DNA of 64,000 nt from Aequorivita sp. (GCA_024637015.1 JAGXGE010000032.1:73531-137530), one strand, 5' to 3'; shown: positions 46,513 through 57,038, numbered from the stretch's first letter. The notes: a model not told the origin generated them from the letters alone. Numbers and translations are program-made.

Positions 46513-49323
46513 TTAAAGTTTTTCCTTTAAATATTTAGCAGTAAAAGATTCTTTACTTTTCACAACTTCTTCGGGAGTTCCTTCAGCCAAAACTTTTCCA
46601 CCGTTTTCACCTCCTTCAGGACCAAGGTCTATAATATAGTCTGCACATTTGATCAAATCTAGATTATGCTCTACAACAATCACAGTATGTCCTCTTTCAA
46701 GCAAAGCATAAAAGGAAGCCAATAATTTTTTGATGTCATGAAAATGTAGTCCAGTGGTAGGTTCATCAAATATGAAAACAGTTTTTTCCTTTGATGTTCC
46801 TTTTACTAAAAACGAAGCAAGCTTTATTCGCTGTGCTTCTCCACCTGAAAGGGTAGAGGAGCTTTGCCCTAACTGGACATAGCCCAGCCCAACATCCTGT
46901 AAGGGTTGTAGTTTTGCCACAATTTTATTCTGTTTGTGTTCTTCAAAAAATGCAACGGCATCATCCACAGTCATTGTTAGGATATCGTCTATGTTTTTAT
47001 TTTGAAAGGTTACTTCCAAAACTTCTTTTTTGAAACGCTTACCGTTGCAGGTGTCGCACAATAAATGAACATCGGCCATAAACTGCATTTCGATAGTTAC
47101 TTCACCTTCTCCCTTGCAGGTTTCGCAACGTCCACCATCTACGTTAAAAGAAAAATGCTTCGCTTTATAACCGCGGATGTCCGAAAGTTTTTGTGAAGCA
47201 TACAAATTCCGAATATCGTCATATGCTTTAATATATGTTACAGGGTTGCTTCGGCTAGAGCGGCCAATGGGGTTTTGATCGATAAACTCGATGCTCTTTA
47301 TTGTGGCGAAATCGCCTTTTATTTCTGAAAATTGCCCAGGCTTTTCGCCATAACCTCCAATTTCGCGCGATAGGGCGGGGTATAGAATTTTCTTAACCAA
47401 GGTGCTTTTTCCACTACCGGAAACGCCAGTAACGGCTGTGAAAATATTTAGAGGAAATGTGACATCTATATTTTTTAAGTTGTTCTGTCTCGCACCTGTA
47501 ATAGTAACTTTGTTTTTTGAAGTTCGGCGTTTTTTAGGAACTTCAATCTCCATTTCTCCATTTAAATATTTTGCGGTCAACGAATCTGACTGTAAAATTT
47601 CTGCATACGTTCCTTGCGCTACTACTTCGCCACCAAAAGTCCCAGCTTCTGGGCCGATGTCTATAATTTCATCAGCAGCTTTCATTATATCTTCATCATG
47701 TTCTACGACTATGACGGTATTTCCTAAATCGCGAAGGGATTTTAAAACAACAATAAGTCTTTCTGTGTCTTTTGGATGAAGGCCGATGCTGGGCTCGTCT
47801 AAAATATACATGGAGCCAACGAGACTGCTTCCTAAAGACGTTGCCAGGTTGATTCGCTGTGATTCTCCACCTGAAAGTGTATTTGATTTTCGATTCAGTG
47901 TTAGATAACCCAGACCAACATCCTGTAAAAACCTTAAACGATTGTTTATTTCCAACAAAAGTCGTTTTGCAACTTTTTCATCAAATTCTGAAAGTTTCAG
48001 ATTTTTGAAGAATTCGGCTGCTTTGTCTAAAGGTAATTCTACTAATTCCTGGATTGCGGTACCTTTTATTTTTACATATCCGGCTTCAGGGCGTAAACGT
48101 TTTCCTTTACAAGTTGTACATTTCGTTTTTCCACGATAGCGTGAAAGCATAACCCGATTTTGGATTTTATAACTTTTCGATTCCAAATATGAAAAGAAAG
48201 AATTTAAGCCTTCAAAATATTTATTGCCGTCCCAAACCAATTGTTTTTGTTCTTCGGTAAGCTGAAACCAAGGCTTATGAATAGGGAAATCAAATTTATA
48301 GGCGTTGTTTACCAACTGATCCCTATACCAACTCATACTTTCGCCACGCCAAGGAAATATTGCATTTTCATAAATGGAAAGAGCCGTGTTGGGGATTACC
48401 AAATCTTCATCAATACCGATAACATCACCATAGCCTTCACAAGTTGGACATGCACCATAAGGATTGTTAAAACTGAAAAGATGGACGTTAGGCTCCATAA
48501 AGACCATTCCATCCGCTTCAAAGCGGTTGTTGAATTCTGTTATTTTTTTTGAAGTAAGTTCTTCAATATATAATTCACCTTTTCCTTCAAAAAAGGCTAT
48601 TTCAACAGCATCGGCAAGACGATTGTAAAAATCTTCGTCGTCTTTTGTAATGATTCGGTCAACAACCAAATCTACTTTCTTCGGAAAAGATTTTCCATTT
48701 AATTCATCAATTCGTAAAACTTCCTCTTTAACTTTAATTCTGGAATAACCTTGCTGTGTTAAGGCCTGTATTTTGTTTTCCATAGTTCGACCTTCCTCCA
48801 AATGGATAGGAGCGAGGAGGAGCAATTTTTCGCCTTCGGGAAATTTTTTTATGAAATTTATAACATCTGTAGTTGTGTCTTTTTTTACCTCTTTTCCAGA
48901 AATGGGTGAAATTGTTTTGCCTATTCGTGTGAAGAGAAGTTTTAAATAATCATAAATTTCAGTAGATGTTCCAACCGTGGAACGTGGATTTGTTGCGTTT
49001 ACTTTTTGCTCGATTGCAATTGCTGGTGAAATTCCTTTTATAGAGTCTACCTTTGGCTTGTCCAGCCTTCCCAAAAACTGGCGGGCATAGCTGGAAAGGC
49101 TCTCCACGTAACGGCGCTGGCCTTCTGCATAAAGTGTGTCAAATGCCAAACTGGATTTTCCGCTACCGGAAAGTCCGGTTATAACTACCAATTTATTGCG
49201 TGGTATGGCTACCGAAATATCTTTAAGATTGTGAAGTTTGGCACCCTGAATTAGGATGTTTTTTTTTATATCTATTGTTTCCGTATTCAATTTCTTTTTT
49301 CCTTTTTTTATAGCTTTTTGCAA
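46513..49323 (-). CDS. uvrA: Excinuclease ABC subunit A
   Basis: 936 aa. Two ABC ATPase modules ([18 protein letters not shown]; [16 protein letters not shown]) and zinc-finger CxxC pairs. TTG start as in the track. Confidence 0.95.
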   Translation of the reverse strand: MQKAIKKGKKKLNTETIDIKKNILIQGAKLHNLKDISVAIPRNKLVVITGLSGSGKSSLAFDTLYAEGQRRYVESLSSYARQFLGRLDKPKVDSIKGISPAIAIEQKVNATNPRSTVGTSTEIYDYLKLLFTRIGKTISPISGKEVKKDTTTDVINFIKKFPEGEKLLLLAPIHLEEGRTMENKIQALTQQGYSRIKVKEEVLRIDELNGKSFPKKVDLVVDRIITKDDEDFYNRLADAVEIAFFEGKGELYIEELTSKKITEFNNRFEADGMVFMEPNVHLFSFNNPYGACPTCEGYGDVIGIDEDLVIPNTALSIYENAIFPWRGESMSWYRDQLVNNAYKFDFPIHKPWFQLTEEQKQLVWDGNKYFEGLNSFFSYLESKSYKIQNRVMLSRYRGKTKCTTCKGKRLRPEAGYVKIKGTAIQELVELPLDKAAEFFKNLKLSEFDEKVAKRLLLEINNRLRFLQDVGLGYLTLNRKSNTLSGGESQRINLATSLGSSLVGSMYILDEPSIGLHPKDTERLIVVLKSLRDLGNTVIVVEHDEDIMKAADEIIDIGPEAGTFGGEVVAQGTYAEILQSDSLTAKYLNGEMEIEVPKKRRTSKNKVTITGARQNNLKNIDVTFPLNIFTAVTGVSGSGKSTLVKKILYPALSREIGGYGEKPGQFSEIKGDFATIKSIEFIDQNPIGRSSRSNPVTYIKAYDDIRNLYASQKLSDIRGYKAKHFSFNVDGGRCETCKGEGEVTIEMQFMADVHLLCDTCNGKRFKKEVLEVTFQNKNIDDILTMTVDDAVAFFEEHKQNKIVAKLQPLQDVGLGYVQLGQSSSTLSGGEAQRIKLASFLVKGTSKEKTVFIFDEPTTGLHFHDIKKLLASFYALLERGHTVIVVEHNLDLIKCADYIIDLGPEGGENGGKVLAEGTPEEVVKSKESFTAKYLKEKL

Positions 49324-49548
49324 AGATACTATATCGAATTCAGCAATGCACCTTCGAACTTATTATTATTTTTTAATGAAAAATTTAACCTTTTTTTTGC
49401 ATTTGTTATTTGTTTGTTGTTATATTTACGGCTCATAACGTCATATAAAAAAGATATTGCCTATAGCTGATCATTACTTTTAACAAATAAACATTTTAAC
49501 TAAGCAACCAAATCCATAGTTGTTTATTTTTTAAAAAAAAGTATTGAT

Positions 49549-50133
49549 ATGAAGCAAAGCACAAACTCTGATGCGTTTCTAGTAAGCGCTTATATGAACG
49601 GAAATGAATCTGCAATTAGTGAGTTAATAACTCGACACAAGCAAAGAATCTACAGTTTTATTTATTCGAAAGTTTTTGATAGGGACGTCGCGGAAGACGT
49701 TTTCCAAGACACTTTCATTAAGGTTATTAAAACCTTAAAAAGAGGTGCCTACAATGAAGAAGGTAAGTTTCTTCCATGGGTTATGCGTATTGCACATAAC
49801 TTGGTAATAGACCACTTTAGAAAGAATAACCGCATGCCGAAGTTTGAAAACAACAATGATTTCAATATTTTTTCAGTTTTAAGCGATAATGCGCTAAATA
49901 TTGAAAAGCAGATTATTAAAGGTCAGGTTGAAAATGACGTCAGAAGGTTGATCGAAGAACTACCTGATGACCAAAAAGAGGTACTGATGATGCGTATCTA
50001 TAAAGACATGAGATTTAAAGAAATAAGTGAGCAAACTGGCGTTAGTATTAATACTGCATTGGGACGAATGCGCTATGCTTTGATCAATTTGCGCAAAGTA
50101 ATTGATAAACACAACATTATATTAACTAATTGA
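49549..50133 (+). CDS. ECF-type sigma-70 family RNA polymerase sigma factor
   Basis: 194 aa. Region 2 (DVFQDTFIKV...WVMRIAHNLVIDHFRK) and region 4 HTH (EISEQTGVSINTALGRMRYA). Confidence 0.85.
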   Translation: MKQSTNSDAFLVSAYMNGNESAISELITRHKQRIYSFIYSKVFDRDVAEDVFQDTFIKVIKTLKRGAYNEEGKFLPWVMRIAHNLVIDHFRKNNRMPKFENNNDFNIFSVLSDNALNIEKQIIKGQVENDVRRLIEELPDDQKEVLMMRIYKDMRFKEISEQTGVSINTALGRMRYALINLRKVIDKHNIILTN

Positions 50134-50189
50134 CACAATAAACTAATTTTTGCTGCGTTATTTGAAAATAAACCTCAAAAAAACGCTTT

Positions 50190-50342
50190 ATGCAAAAATT
50201 TTACTCAAAAACATCACGGTTGGACGACGTGAATAAAAAACTTGTTCCAAAAGAAGAGACCATAAAATTTCTTCTGGATTATTCGATGGCTTTAAGTGTT
50301 ATAGATTACCATAAAATGAAGTTTGAAGCACTTCTAAACTAA
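50190..50342 (+). CDS. 50-aa hypothetical protein downstream of the ECF sigma factor
   Basis: Encodes MQKFYSKTSRLDDVNKKLVPKEETIKFLLDYSMALSVIDYHKMKFEALLN. Lies 57 nt after the sigma gene and is followed by a terminator. Below the track cutoff. Confidence 0.4.
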   Translation: MQKFYSKTSRLDDVNKKLVPKEETIKFLLDYSMALSVIDYHKMKFEALLN

Positions 50343-50351
50343 ACTTTGGAG

Positions 50352-50385
50352 AAACCCTGGAATTAGCTTTTCGGGGTTTTTTTTC
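50352..50385 (+). terminator. Intrinsic terminator
   Basis: aaaccctg (50352-59) pairs with cggggttt (50372-79), followed by TTTTTT. Confidence 0.6.
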
Positions 50386-50396
50386 TAAAATTCAAC

Positions 50397-51056
50397 TCAT
50401 CGACTTTTGCTTTTCAAATAGTCATTAATGACGGTTTTTCTGCCAACGGTTTTGGTAATAATATCCTTTTCCAAGTTCCAGCCTCGGGCGGGAGAATATT
50501 GCCTTCCATACCATATAATTTGGAGATGCAGTGTGTTCCACAAATCTTTTGGGAACAAACGTTTGGCATCCTTTTCAGTCTGAACCACATTTTTTCCATT
50601 AGTAAATCCCCATCGGTACATCAATCTATGTATATGTGTATCAACTGGAAATGCAGGAATGTTGAAAGCTTGGCTCATCACGACACTTGCTGTTTTGTGG
50701 CCGACGGCTGGAAACGACTCTAAGGCTTCAAAATCAGCTGGAACTTGACCGTTATATTTTTCAATCAAAATTTCGGACAGACCGTGGATTCCTTTTGATT
50801 TCATCGGCGAAAGCCCCACTGGTTTTATAATTTCTCTAATTTCTTCCACTGTAAGTTTTACCATATCATAAGGATTGTCTGCTATTTCGAATAGAAGCGG
50901 TGTAACCTTATTTACCCGAACATCCGTACTTTGGGCAGATAGTAGAACAGCAATCAATAATGTATATGGGTCTTTGTGTTCTAAGGGAATGGGAACTTGA
51001 GGATATAATTTATTTAACGTATCAATAACGAACGTTACCTTTTCTTGCTTAGTCAT
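50397..51056 (-). CDS. nth: Endonuclease III-family HhH-GPD DNA glycosylase lacking the Fe-S cluster cysteines
   Basis: 219 aa. HhH motif FPAVGHKTASVV (Lys retained) and VDTHIHR (Asp retained). The whole protein contains no cysteine. Confidence 0.8.
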   Translation of the reverse strand: MTKQEKVTFVIDTLNKLYPQVPIPLEHKDPYTLLIAVLLSAQSTDVRVNKVTPLLFEIADNPYDMVKLTVEEIREIIKPVGLSPMKSKGIHGLSEILIEKYNGQVPADFEALESFPAVGHKTASVVMSQAFNIPAFPVDTHIHRLMYRWGFTNGKNVVQTEKDAKRLFPKDLWNTLHLQIIWYGRQYSPARGWNLEKDIITKTVGRKTVINDYLKSKSR

Positions 51057-51087
51057 TTTTAAGTATTTTTATGGAAAAATAAAGATA

Positions 51088-51540
51088 ATGAAAACATTAC
51101 AAGCAGGAGATAAAGCTCCAGATTTCAAAGTGAATGACCAAGACGGAAATGTTATCTCCTCAACAGATTACAAGGGGAAAAAATGGATTGTTTTTTTCTA
51201 TCCTAAAGCAAGTACTCCCGGTTGTACTGCAGAGGCATGCAATCTTCGCGATAATTATAAAGAGCTTCAAAAAAAGAGTTATGAATTGTTGGGAGTAAGT
51301 GCTGATAGTGAAAAGCGTCAAAAAAACTTCAGAGAGAAATACAGTTTTCCTTTTCCACTTTTAGCTGATGAAAAAAAAGAAGTAATCAATGCCTTTGGTG
51401 TTTGGGGACCAAAAAAGTTTATGGGGAGAGAATTTGATGGAATACACCGAACAACCTTTCTAATAAATGAAAACGGTATTGTTGAAAGTGTAATAGATAA
51501 GGTTAAAACCAAGGATCACGCAGCACAAATATTAGATTAG
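51088..51540 (+). CDS. bcp: Thiol peroxidase Bcp (peroxiredoxin)
   Basis: 150 aa with the motif FYPKASTPGCTAEAC (peroxidatic and resolving Cys). Confidence 0.9.
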   Translation: MKTLQAGDKAPDFKVNDQDGNVISSTDYKGKKWIVFFYPKASTPGCTAEACNLRDNYKELQKKSYELLGVSADSEKRQKNFREKYSFPFPLLADEKKEVINAFGVWGPKKFMGREFDGIHRTTFLINENGIVESVIDKVKTKDHAAQILD

Positions 51541-52991
51541 TTGTCAACTTTTTCAGCTTTTCCTTTATAATTGAAAAGGTGTTTCTTCTTTATAATCTCA
51601 GAAACTCCTGCTGGTAACATTTCTTCCCAGCCTTCATCGCCGTTTTCTATTTTTGAAAGAACTTCGCGTGAAAAAATGTCGAGAATTTTAGGGTTATAGT
51701 CTGTAATATCCACCACTTTTCCATTGTATTTGAAGAATTTGTACAATTCCTTCATACGTGGATGAACTTTAAGATTTTCACTGTTGGTATATTCTCCGGT
51801 TTCTGGATCTTTCATTGGGTAGAGATATACTTTTAGGTCTTTAAAGAAAAGTTTTCCGAAAGCTTCCAAAATGCCGCCACTTAAATGGCGATAGTATTTT
51901 TCATCAAAAACATCCACCAAGTTGTTTACGCCCATTGCAAGACCCATCCGCATTTTAGTATAGCGGGAGAAATATTCAACCAGTTTGTAATACTCTTGAA
52001 AATTGGAGATCATCACTGTATGCCCTAGTGAACAAAGGAGTTTTGCACGGTCCATAAAATCCTCTTCATCAATCTCTCCTTCAGCTCTAAGATTAGAAAG
52101 AGTGATTTCAAAAATAACTTCGGTACGCTCTTTTTCTACCCTGTTTTCTGCGAGAAACATTTCATAAGAACGTTCAAACATGTCAATATTAACCTTTGTT
52201 ACAGGCCTAAAACTTCCGCGAAGTGCAAGTATGTTTTTCTTATAAAGTATTCTCGCGGGAAGAATATTATGTCCATCGGAACCAAACATAACAGCATCGG
52301 TCATTCCATTTTTGATAAGCTGAAGACTCATTAAACGGTTGTCAACATCTTTAAAACGGGGACCAGAAAAGTTGATGGTATCTATTTCAATCTTGTCTTT
52401 ATCAATGTGGTCGTACAAATAACGAAGTAATTTTTTAGGCTGATCATACTTGTAATAAGCGCCATAAATTAGATTTACGCCTAGTATTCCCAAGGTAATT
52501 TGCTGCAATTGCGCATCATTTTCGTGAAAGCGAACGTGAAGGGCTATTTCGTTATAAGATTCCTTTGGGTCCACTTGATAACGAATGCCAACCCATCCGT
52601 GACCTTTATATTGCTTTGCAAAATCTATGGTTGCAACAGTATTTGCGTATGCAAAAAAGAGTTTATTTGGATGCTTTTGGCGAATAATACGCTTCTCAAT
52701 TAAACCGATTTCGTGTGAAAGCATTTTAATGAGACGTGCTTCAGTAACATACCTACCGTCTTCTTCAATTCCATAAATAGCATCGCTAAAATCCTTATCA
52801 TAGGCAGACATAGTCTTTGCTATAGTTCCAGAGGCTCCTCCAGCTCTGAAAAAATTACGCACGGTTTCCTGTCCGGCTCCAATTTCGGCAAAGGTGCCAT
52901 AAATATTTTCGTTCAGATTAATTCGTAAAGCCTTACTTTTTATGGAAGGAATGTTTTCAAATTCCTTGTCACCTAATATGGTTTCCGGCAT
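51537..52991 (-). CDS. Conserved-looking hypothetical protein, function unknown
   Basis: 484 aa, soluble, with no motif I can assign. Overlaps the bcp stop by 4 nt in convergent orientation. Confidence 0.6.
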   Translation of the reverse strand: MPETILGDKEFENIPSIKSKALRINLNENIYGTFAEIGAGQETVRNFFRAGGASGTIAKTMSAYDKDFSDAIYGIEEDGRYVTEARLIKMLSHEIGLIEKRIIRQKHPNKLFFAYANTVATIDFAKQYKGHGWVGIRYQVDPKESYNEIALHVRFHENDAQLQQITLGILGVNLIYGAYYKYDQPKKLLRYLYDHIDKDKIEIDTINFSGPRFKDVDNRLMSLQLIKNGMTDAVMFGSDGHNILPARILYKKNILALRGSFRPVTKVNIDMFERSYEMFLAENRVEKERTEVIFEITLSNLRAEGEIDEEDFMDRAKLLCSLGHTVMISNFQEYYKLVEYFSRYTKMRMGLAMGVNNLVDVFDEKYYRHLSGGILEAFGKLFFKDLKVYLYPMKDPETGEYTNSENLKVHPRMKELYKFFKYNGKVVDITDYNPKILDIFSREVLSKIENGDEGWEEMLPAGVSEIIKKKHLFNYKGKAEKVDN

Positions 52992-53070
52992 AGTAACTTT
53001 TTATTTTTCTTAATAACAAAGGTAGCAAATACAATAGGTAAACAAAAAAAATACCAGTATTTTTGTGAAA

Positions 53071-53847
53071 ATGGATTCAACATTTACCGTTACATTTCTT
53101 GGCACTGGAACTTCACAGGGAATACCTGTAATAGGTAGCAATCACCCAGTTTGTAAAAGTAACGACTCCAAAGATAAACGTTTGAGGGTGTCGGTTTTAA
53201 TGCGCTGGGATGTTTTTACTTTTGTAATAGATTGTGGCCCGGATTTCAGACAGCAAATATTGCGCGAAAATGTTTCAAGAGTTGATGCGATTCTATTGAC
53301 TCACGAACATAGCGACCATACAGCTGGATTAGACGATATTCGACCTTTTAATTATATGCAGGGCAACATGCCTTTTTATACCCACAAACGCGTTTTTAAA
53401 TCTTTGCACGAACGGTTTGCTTATATTTTTGAAACTGTAAACAAGTATCCTGGGGCACCTAGTGTTGAAGAAATTGAAATTGATAAAAACACACCTTTTG
53501 TAATAGGCGGGAAGAAAGTAATTGTCATTGAAGCTTTTCACGATAAGCTTCCGGTTTTAGGGTTTCGGATAGAGGGTTTTACATATTTAACAGATGTGAA
53601 AACCATTTCTGATGAAGAAATTGAAAAAATAAAAGGCACCAAAGTTTTGGTAGTTAATGCACTTCGCGAAGAGGCGCATTACTCACATTTCAATCTTTCC
53701 GAAGCGCTTGATTTTGTTGAAAAAGTAAAGCCTGAAAAGACATTTTTCACCCACATTAGCCATGTAATGGGCTTTCATGAGGAAGTGGAGAAAAAACTTC
53801 CACCGAATGTGCATTTGGCATATGATACACTCACTATAACAATTTGA
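53071..53847 (+). CDS. MBL-fold metallo-hydrolase
   Basis: The track start is GTG 53065, with ATG at 53071. FLGTGTSQGIP and the metal motif THEHSDH. Confidence 0.8.
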   Translation: MDSTFTVTFLGTGTSQGIPVIGSNHPVCKSNDSKDKRLRVSVLMRWDVFTFVIDCGPDFRQQILRENVSRVDAILLTHEHSDHTAGLDDIRPFNYMQGNMPFYTHKRVFKSLHERFAYIFETVNKYPGAPSVEEIEIDKNTPFVIGGKKVIVIEAFHDKLPVLGFRIEGFTYLTDVKTISDEEIEKIKGTKVLVVNALREEAHYSHFNLSEALDFVEKVKPEKTFFTHISHVMGFHEEVEKKLPPNVHLAYDTLTITI

Positions 53848-53849
53848 TT

Positions 53850-54344
53850 ATGAGGAATAAACTTTTTATGTACCTGTTTTTTTTCGCCTTACTTTTCATC
53901 ATTTATCAATACATGAACGAGAAAAGTATTTTTGAATCACAAGAAAACAAAATAGAAAATCTTGAAGCAAAAGTTGAAAAACAGAACGATTCTATTGAAA
54001 TGCTAAATAACAAAATAAGGAATCTTGATTATTTTACGCTGCAGGGAAATGAGAACGCAATGACTTATTTGGAAAATTTGGGTTTTGAAGCAGCTATTGT
54101 TGAAGCTACAGTTTACGACGCCATTTACGAATACAATTTTGAAAAAGGCAACAACCCTTTAGTGCCTTTTGATGGCATGAATGGTGATATGAAAATCAAT
54201 AAATTGAAATTTCTGAATCACAAATGGATACTGGCTGATTTTACTGACGGAAAGTATTGGGGCGAAATGATTTTGGAATATTCTTTCAATGAAAAAAAGG
54301 AGCTTGTTTTAAACACTATCGCCTCCTTTCTGTATCCTCAATAA
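53850..54344 (+). CDS. Hypothetical membrane-anchored protein
   Basis: The track start is TTG 53844, with ATG at 53850. N-terminal TM helix followed by a coiled-coil-like segment. Confidence 0.5.
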   Translation: MRNKLFMYLFFFALLFIIYQYMNEKSIFESQENKIENLEAKVEKQNDSIEMLNNKIRNLDYFTLQGNENAMTYLENLGFEAAIVEATVYDAIYEYNFEKGNNPLVPFDGMNGDMKINKLKFLNHKWILADFTDGKYWGEMILEYSFNEKKELVLNTIASFLYPQ

Positions 54345-54349
54345 AATTA

Positions 54350-55018
54350 TTAAGCATTTTCTTCCAACCAATTCTTTAATTCGTAAAAATTTTGTGGAGC
54401 TACGCCGTGACCAACGGGAAATTCTGAATAAGTACAATCAATATTCAGTTTTTTAAGAAAAGGCTTGGTTTTTCGAGCCCATTCCACGGGAATTACTTGA
54501 TCTACACTTCCATGTGAAGTATATATATTGAGCTTGCCGAGATCGTTTTCAGAATAGCCACCCTTTAAAATTTCTTCGTTTATATAACCGCTCAAACCAA
54601 TCACATTTTTTACTTTTTTAGGATAGCTTAATGCAACGGCAAAACTTAAAATAGTGCCTTGACTAAAACCAAGAAGTGTAATATTATTGTCATCTACTTT
54701 GTACTTCTCAACAATTTCATCAATACATTTCGAAACTAATTCCCGCGAAGCAATAGCTTGTTCGTCGTCACTAAATTTTCCTTGGGAATTGTCAAAATAG
54801 ATATTATACCAAGCATTTCCGTAAGGTTCCAATCTGATTGGTGCTTTTAAGGAAATGATAGCGTATTTTTCGGGTAATTCGCTAGCGAAGGAAAACAAAT
54901 CGTTTTCATCACTCCCAAAACCGTGAAGCATAATAATTGCAGGCGGATTTTCCGAAGGATTTTTTGCGGGTCTATAATTGTGTTCTAAAAGTAAAGTTTG
55001 CTTTTCCATAAGCTGCAA
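54350..55018 (-). CDS. Alpha/beta hydrolase (phospholipase/carboxylesterase family)
   Basis: 222 aa. HGFGSDEND, nucleophile elbow GFSQG and a C-terminal His (PVGHGV). Confidence 0.8.
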   Translation of the reverse strand: MQLMEKQTLLLEHNYRPAKNPSENPPAIIMLHGFGSDENDLFSFASELPEKYAIISLKAPIRLEPYGNAWYNIYFDNSQGKFSDDEQAIASRELVSKCIDEIVEKYKVDDNNITLLGFSQGTILSFAVALSYPKKVKNVIGLSGYINEEILKGGYSENDLGKLNIYTSHGSVDQVIPVEWARKTKPFLKKLNIDCTYSEFPVGHGVAPQNFYELKNWLEENA

Positions 55019-55087
55019 AAATAAACAAGACCTTTTAAACTCAAGCTTTTTCAGTATAAAAGGTCTTATTAAATTTTTTTTAAATTT

Positions 55088-55411
55088 TTAAATGGCTTTA
55101 AACCAGTCTTGAAATTGCTCGCCTAAAACGGGAACGGGTTTCATTTCGCCTTGAACGGCGCTTATCAATCCCAAAAGCCAAAACACTAATATGGCGAGTT
55201 GAACAATCCAAGTTAGGATTGAAACGCCAATAAAACTTATAACTATACTTAAAATAACGCCCACACAAATTATCCCTAACGATTGGCGAACGTGAAAGGA
55301 ACCTAGAGCTGTCTTGTTTCCGTTGTTCATAATAAGTGCAATTATCCAACCGATAAGGGTAATATATGCAATGATGGCTACGGTTTTACCGTTGTCTGTA
55401 GTTGTTTCCAT
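55088..55411 (-). CDS. Small polytopic membrane protein (DUF4870-like), paralog of the next gene
   Basis: 107 aa with three hydrophobic helices. Shares GK.(V/T)A(I/L)IAY..., an H(V/I) motif and a C-terminal (Q/K)F.(D/Q)WF with 55462..55782. Confidence 0.55.
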   Translation of the reverse strand: METTTDNGKTVAIIAYITLIGWIIALIMNNGNKTALGSFHVRQSLGIICVGVILSIVISFIGVSILTWIVQLAILVFWLLGLISAVQGEMKPVPVLGEQFQDWFKAI

Positions 55412-55461
55412 TTTTTTTAGATTAGGTTAGTGATTTATATAAGCTAAAGATAGCCAATACT

Positions 55462-55782
55462 TTAATTTAAAAATGTAAACCATTGTTGAAATTTTTCACT
55501 TAAAAAAGGGAAACCCTTTTTTTTGTTGAAAAAAGCCATCACCCAACAATAAAACCAAATCACAAAACAAAATAGCCATATTAGGTCTCCAATCTTGATG
55601 TTAATTTGCGATTGCACTATAAGAGATACAATAAACAAAATAAACAATCCGAACATGTTTTTAATATGCCAAGTTGCAAATTCGTGCCTTTCATCTCTAT
55701 TGATAAAATAAGCAATCAAAAAGCCCACAAAAGGTGCGTAGGCTATTAGTGCGGTAGATTTTCCTGTAGGTGAATTCTTCAT
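55462..55782 (-). CDS. Small polytopic membrane protein (DUF4870-like), paralog
   Basis: 106 aa. The start overlaps the stop of the dihydroorotase-like gene (TAATG). Confidence 0.55.
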   Translation of the reverse strand: MKNSPTGKSTALIAYAPFVGFLIAYFINRDERHEFATWHIKNMFGLFILFIVSLIVQSQINIKIGDLIWLFCFVIWFYCWVMAFFNKKKGFPFLSEKFQQWFTFLN

Positions 55783-57038
55783 TAATTTCTCAATACTAAT
55801 TGGTTATTTGCCAGAATTCCGTATGGTTTTCCTTTTAGCTTTGTTCCAAGAAGAGCTGCATTTTTTGAAGTTGAAATAATATCTTTTTCAGAATACTTCC
55901 AGTTTTCATCAGGATTGAAAAGTGTAAGTTCAGCAGAACTTCCTTCCTCAATTTTTTCCGAAGCAATTTTGAAAGCTCCTTTTAAACCTGTCAGGGCTTT
56001 AACTGATTCCTCAACACCTAAAAGCATATTTAGTACTCCGAAACATCCTTCCAAACCGATGCTTCCGAAGAAGGCGTGGTCAAACTCGGTTTTTTTATGC
56101 TCAACATCAATCGGGTTGTGGTCGCTGGTAACACCATCTATGGTACCATCTTTTAAGCCTTTTAGCAAAGCCTTGTTGTCTTCTTTGGTACGTAATGGTG
56201 GAAGTAATTTGTATTTTGTATCAAAATCTTCCAAAACATCATCTGTCAAAAAAAGATTGAAAATTGCAACACTGCAAGTTACATTTAGCCCTTTTTTCTT
56301 TGCATCCTTAATTAGTTCAACAGATTTTTTGGTGGAAATGGTCGGGATGTGAAGTTTTCCGCCAGTGTATTCCAAAATATATAAATCACGTATTATTTGA
56401 AGTTCTTCTGAAAGCGCTGGAATTCCTTTCAATCCCAAGCGGGTGCTATTGACTTCTTCATTCACCATTCCGTTTCGCGCGACCGATTTTTCAAAAGGAA
56501 AAGATTGTACTAGTCCATCAAAGTTTTGAGTGTATTGCAGTGCTATTTTAAGAAGATTTGCATTCGCAATTGGGTTTTTGTAATCGTAAAAAGAAACGGC
56601 GCCTTCATTTTGCATATCATATAATTCTGCCAAGTCTATTCCTTTACTACCAAGAGTGAGCGCACCAATAGGGTAGAGGTTCACCGCATTTCCTTCGGCT
56701 TTCGATTTCAAAAATTTTATATGGCCTTTACTATCCGTTACCGGAAAACTATTGGCGTTTACCGCAACACTTGTAAATCCGCTGAGGGCTGCCGTTTTCA
56801 AACCATTTTCAATATTTTCGCGTTCTTCATAACCTGGTTCGCCAAAAGAAACGCTGCTATCAAACCAACCTTGGGAGATATGAAGGTTTTTAAGCGAAAC
56901 TTCCTTTATTTTGTCTGAAGAAGGAATCGTTGCAGCAATCTTTGAAATTTTACCATTTTCTATCAAAACGTCCCGTTTTTTTAAATGATGCTTGCTGGAA
57001 ACATCAACAATGGTGGCAGATTTCAGTAATATCTTCAT
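55782..57038 (-). CDS. Dihydroorotase-like amidohydrolase-fold protein with degenerate metal-binding motifs
   Basis: 418 aa of class I DHOase length and layout, with GVTSDHNPI retained. The D-x-H-x-H position reads FDSSVSFGEPG, and other His ligand positions appear substituted (HIPTIST). Confidence 0.65.
   Translation of the reverse strand: MKILLKSATIVDVSSKHHLKKRDVLIENGKISKIAATIPSSDKIKEVSLKNLHISQGWFDSSVSFGEPGYEERENIENGLKTAALSGFTSVAVNANSFPVTDSKGHIKFLKSKAEGNAVNLYPIGALTLGSKGIDLAELYDMQNEGAVSFYDYKNPIANANLLKIALQYTQNFDGLVQSFPFEKSVARNGMVNEEVNSTRLGLKGIPALSEELQIIRDLYILEYTGGKLHIPTISTKKSVELIKDAKKKGLNVTCSVAIFNLFLTDDVLEDFDTKYKLLPPLRTKEDNKALLKGLKDGTIDGVTSDHNPIDVEHKKTEFDHAFFGSIGLEGCFGVLNMLLGVEESVKALTGLKGAFKIASEKIEEGSSAELTLFNPDENWKYSEKDIISTSKNAALLGTKLKGKPYGILANNQLVLRN

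Noticed and set aside
47402-47779. 125-aa plus-strand ORF inside uvrA, and similar ORFs at 47942..48139 and 48241..48552
   Set aside because: They are antisense to a highly conserved uvrA coding sequence and are shadow ORFs.
55915-56352. 145-aa plus-strand ORF antisense to the dihydroorotase-like gene
   Set aside because: It is a Ser/Pro/Lys-rich shadow frame lying wholly within the better-supported minus-strand gene.
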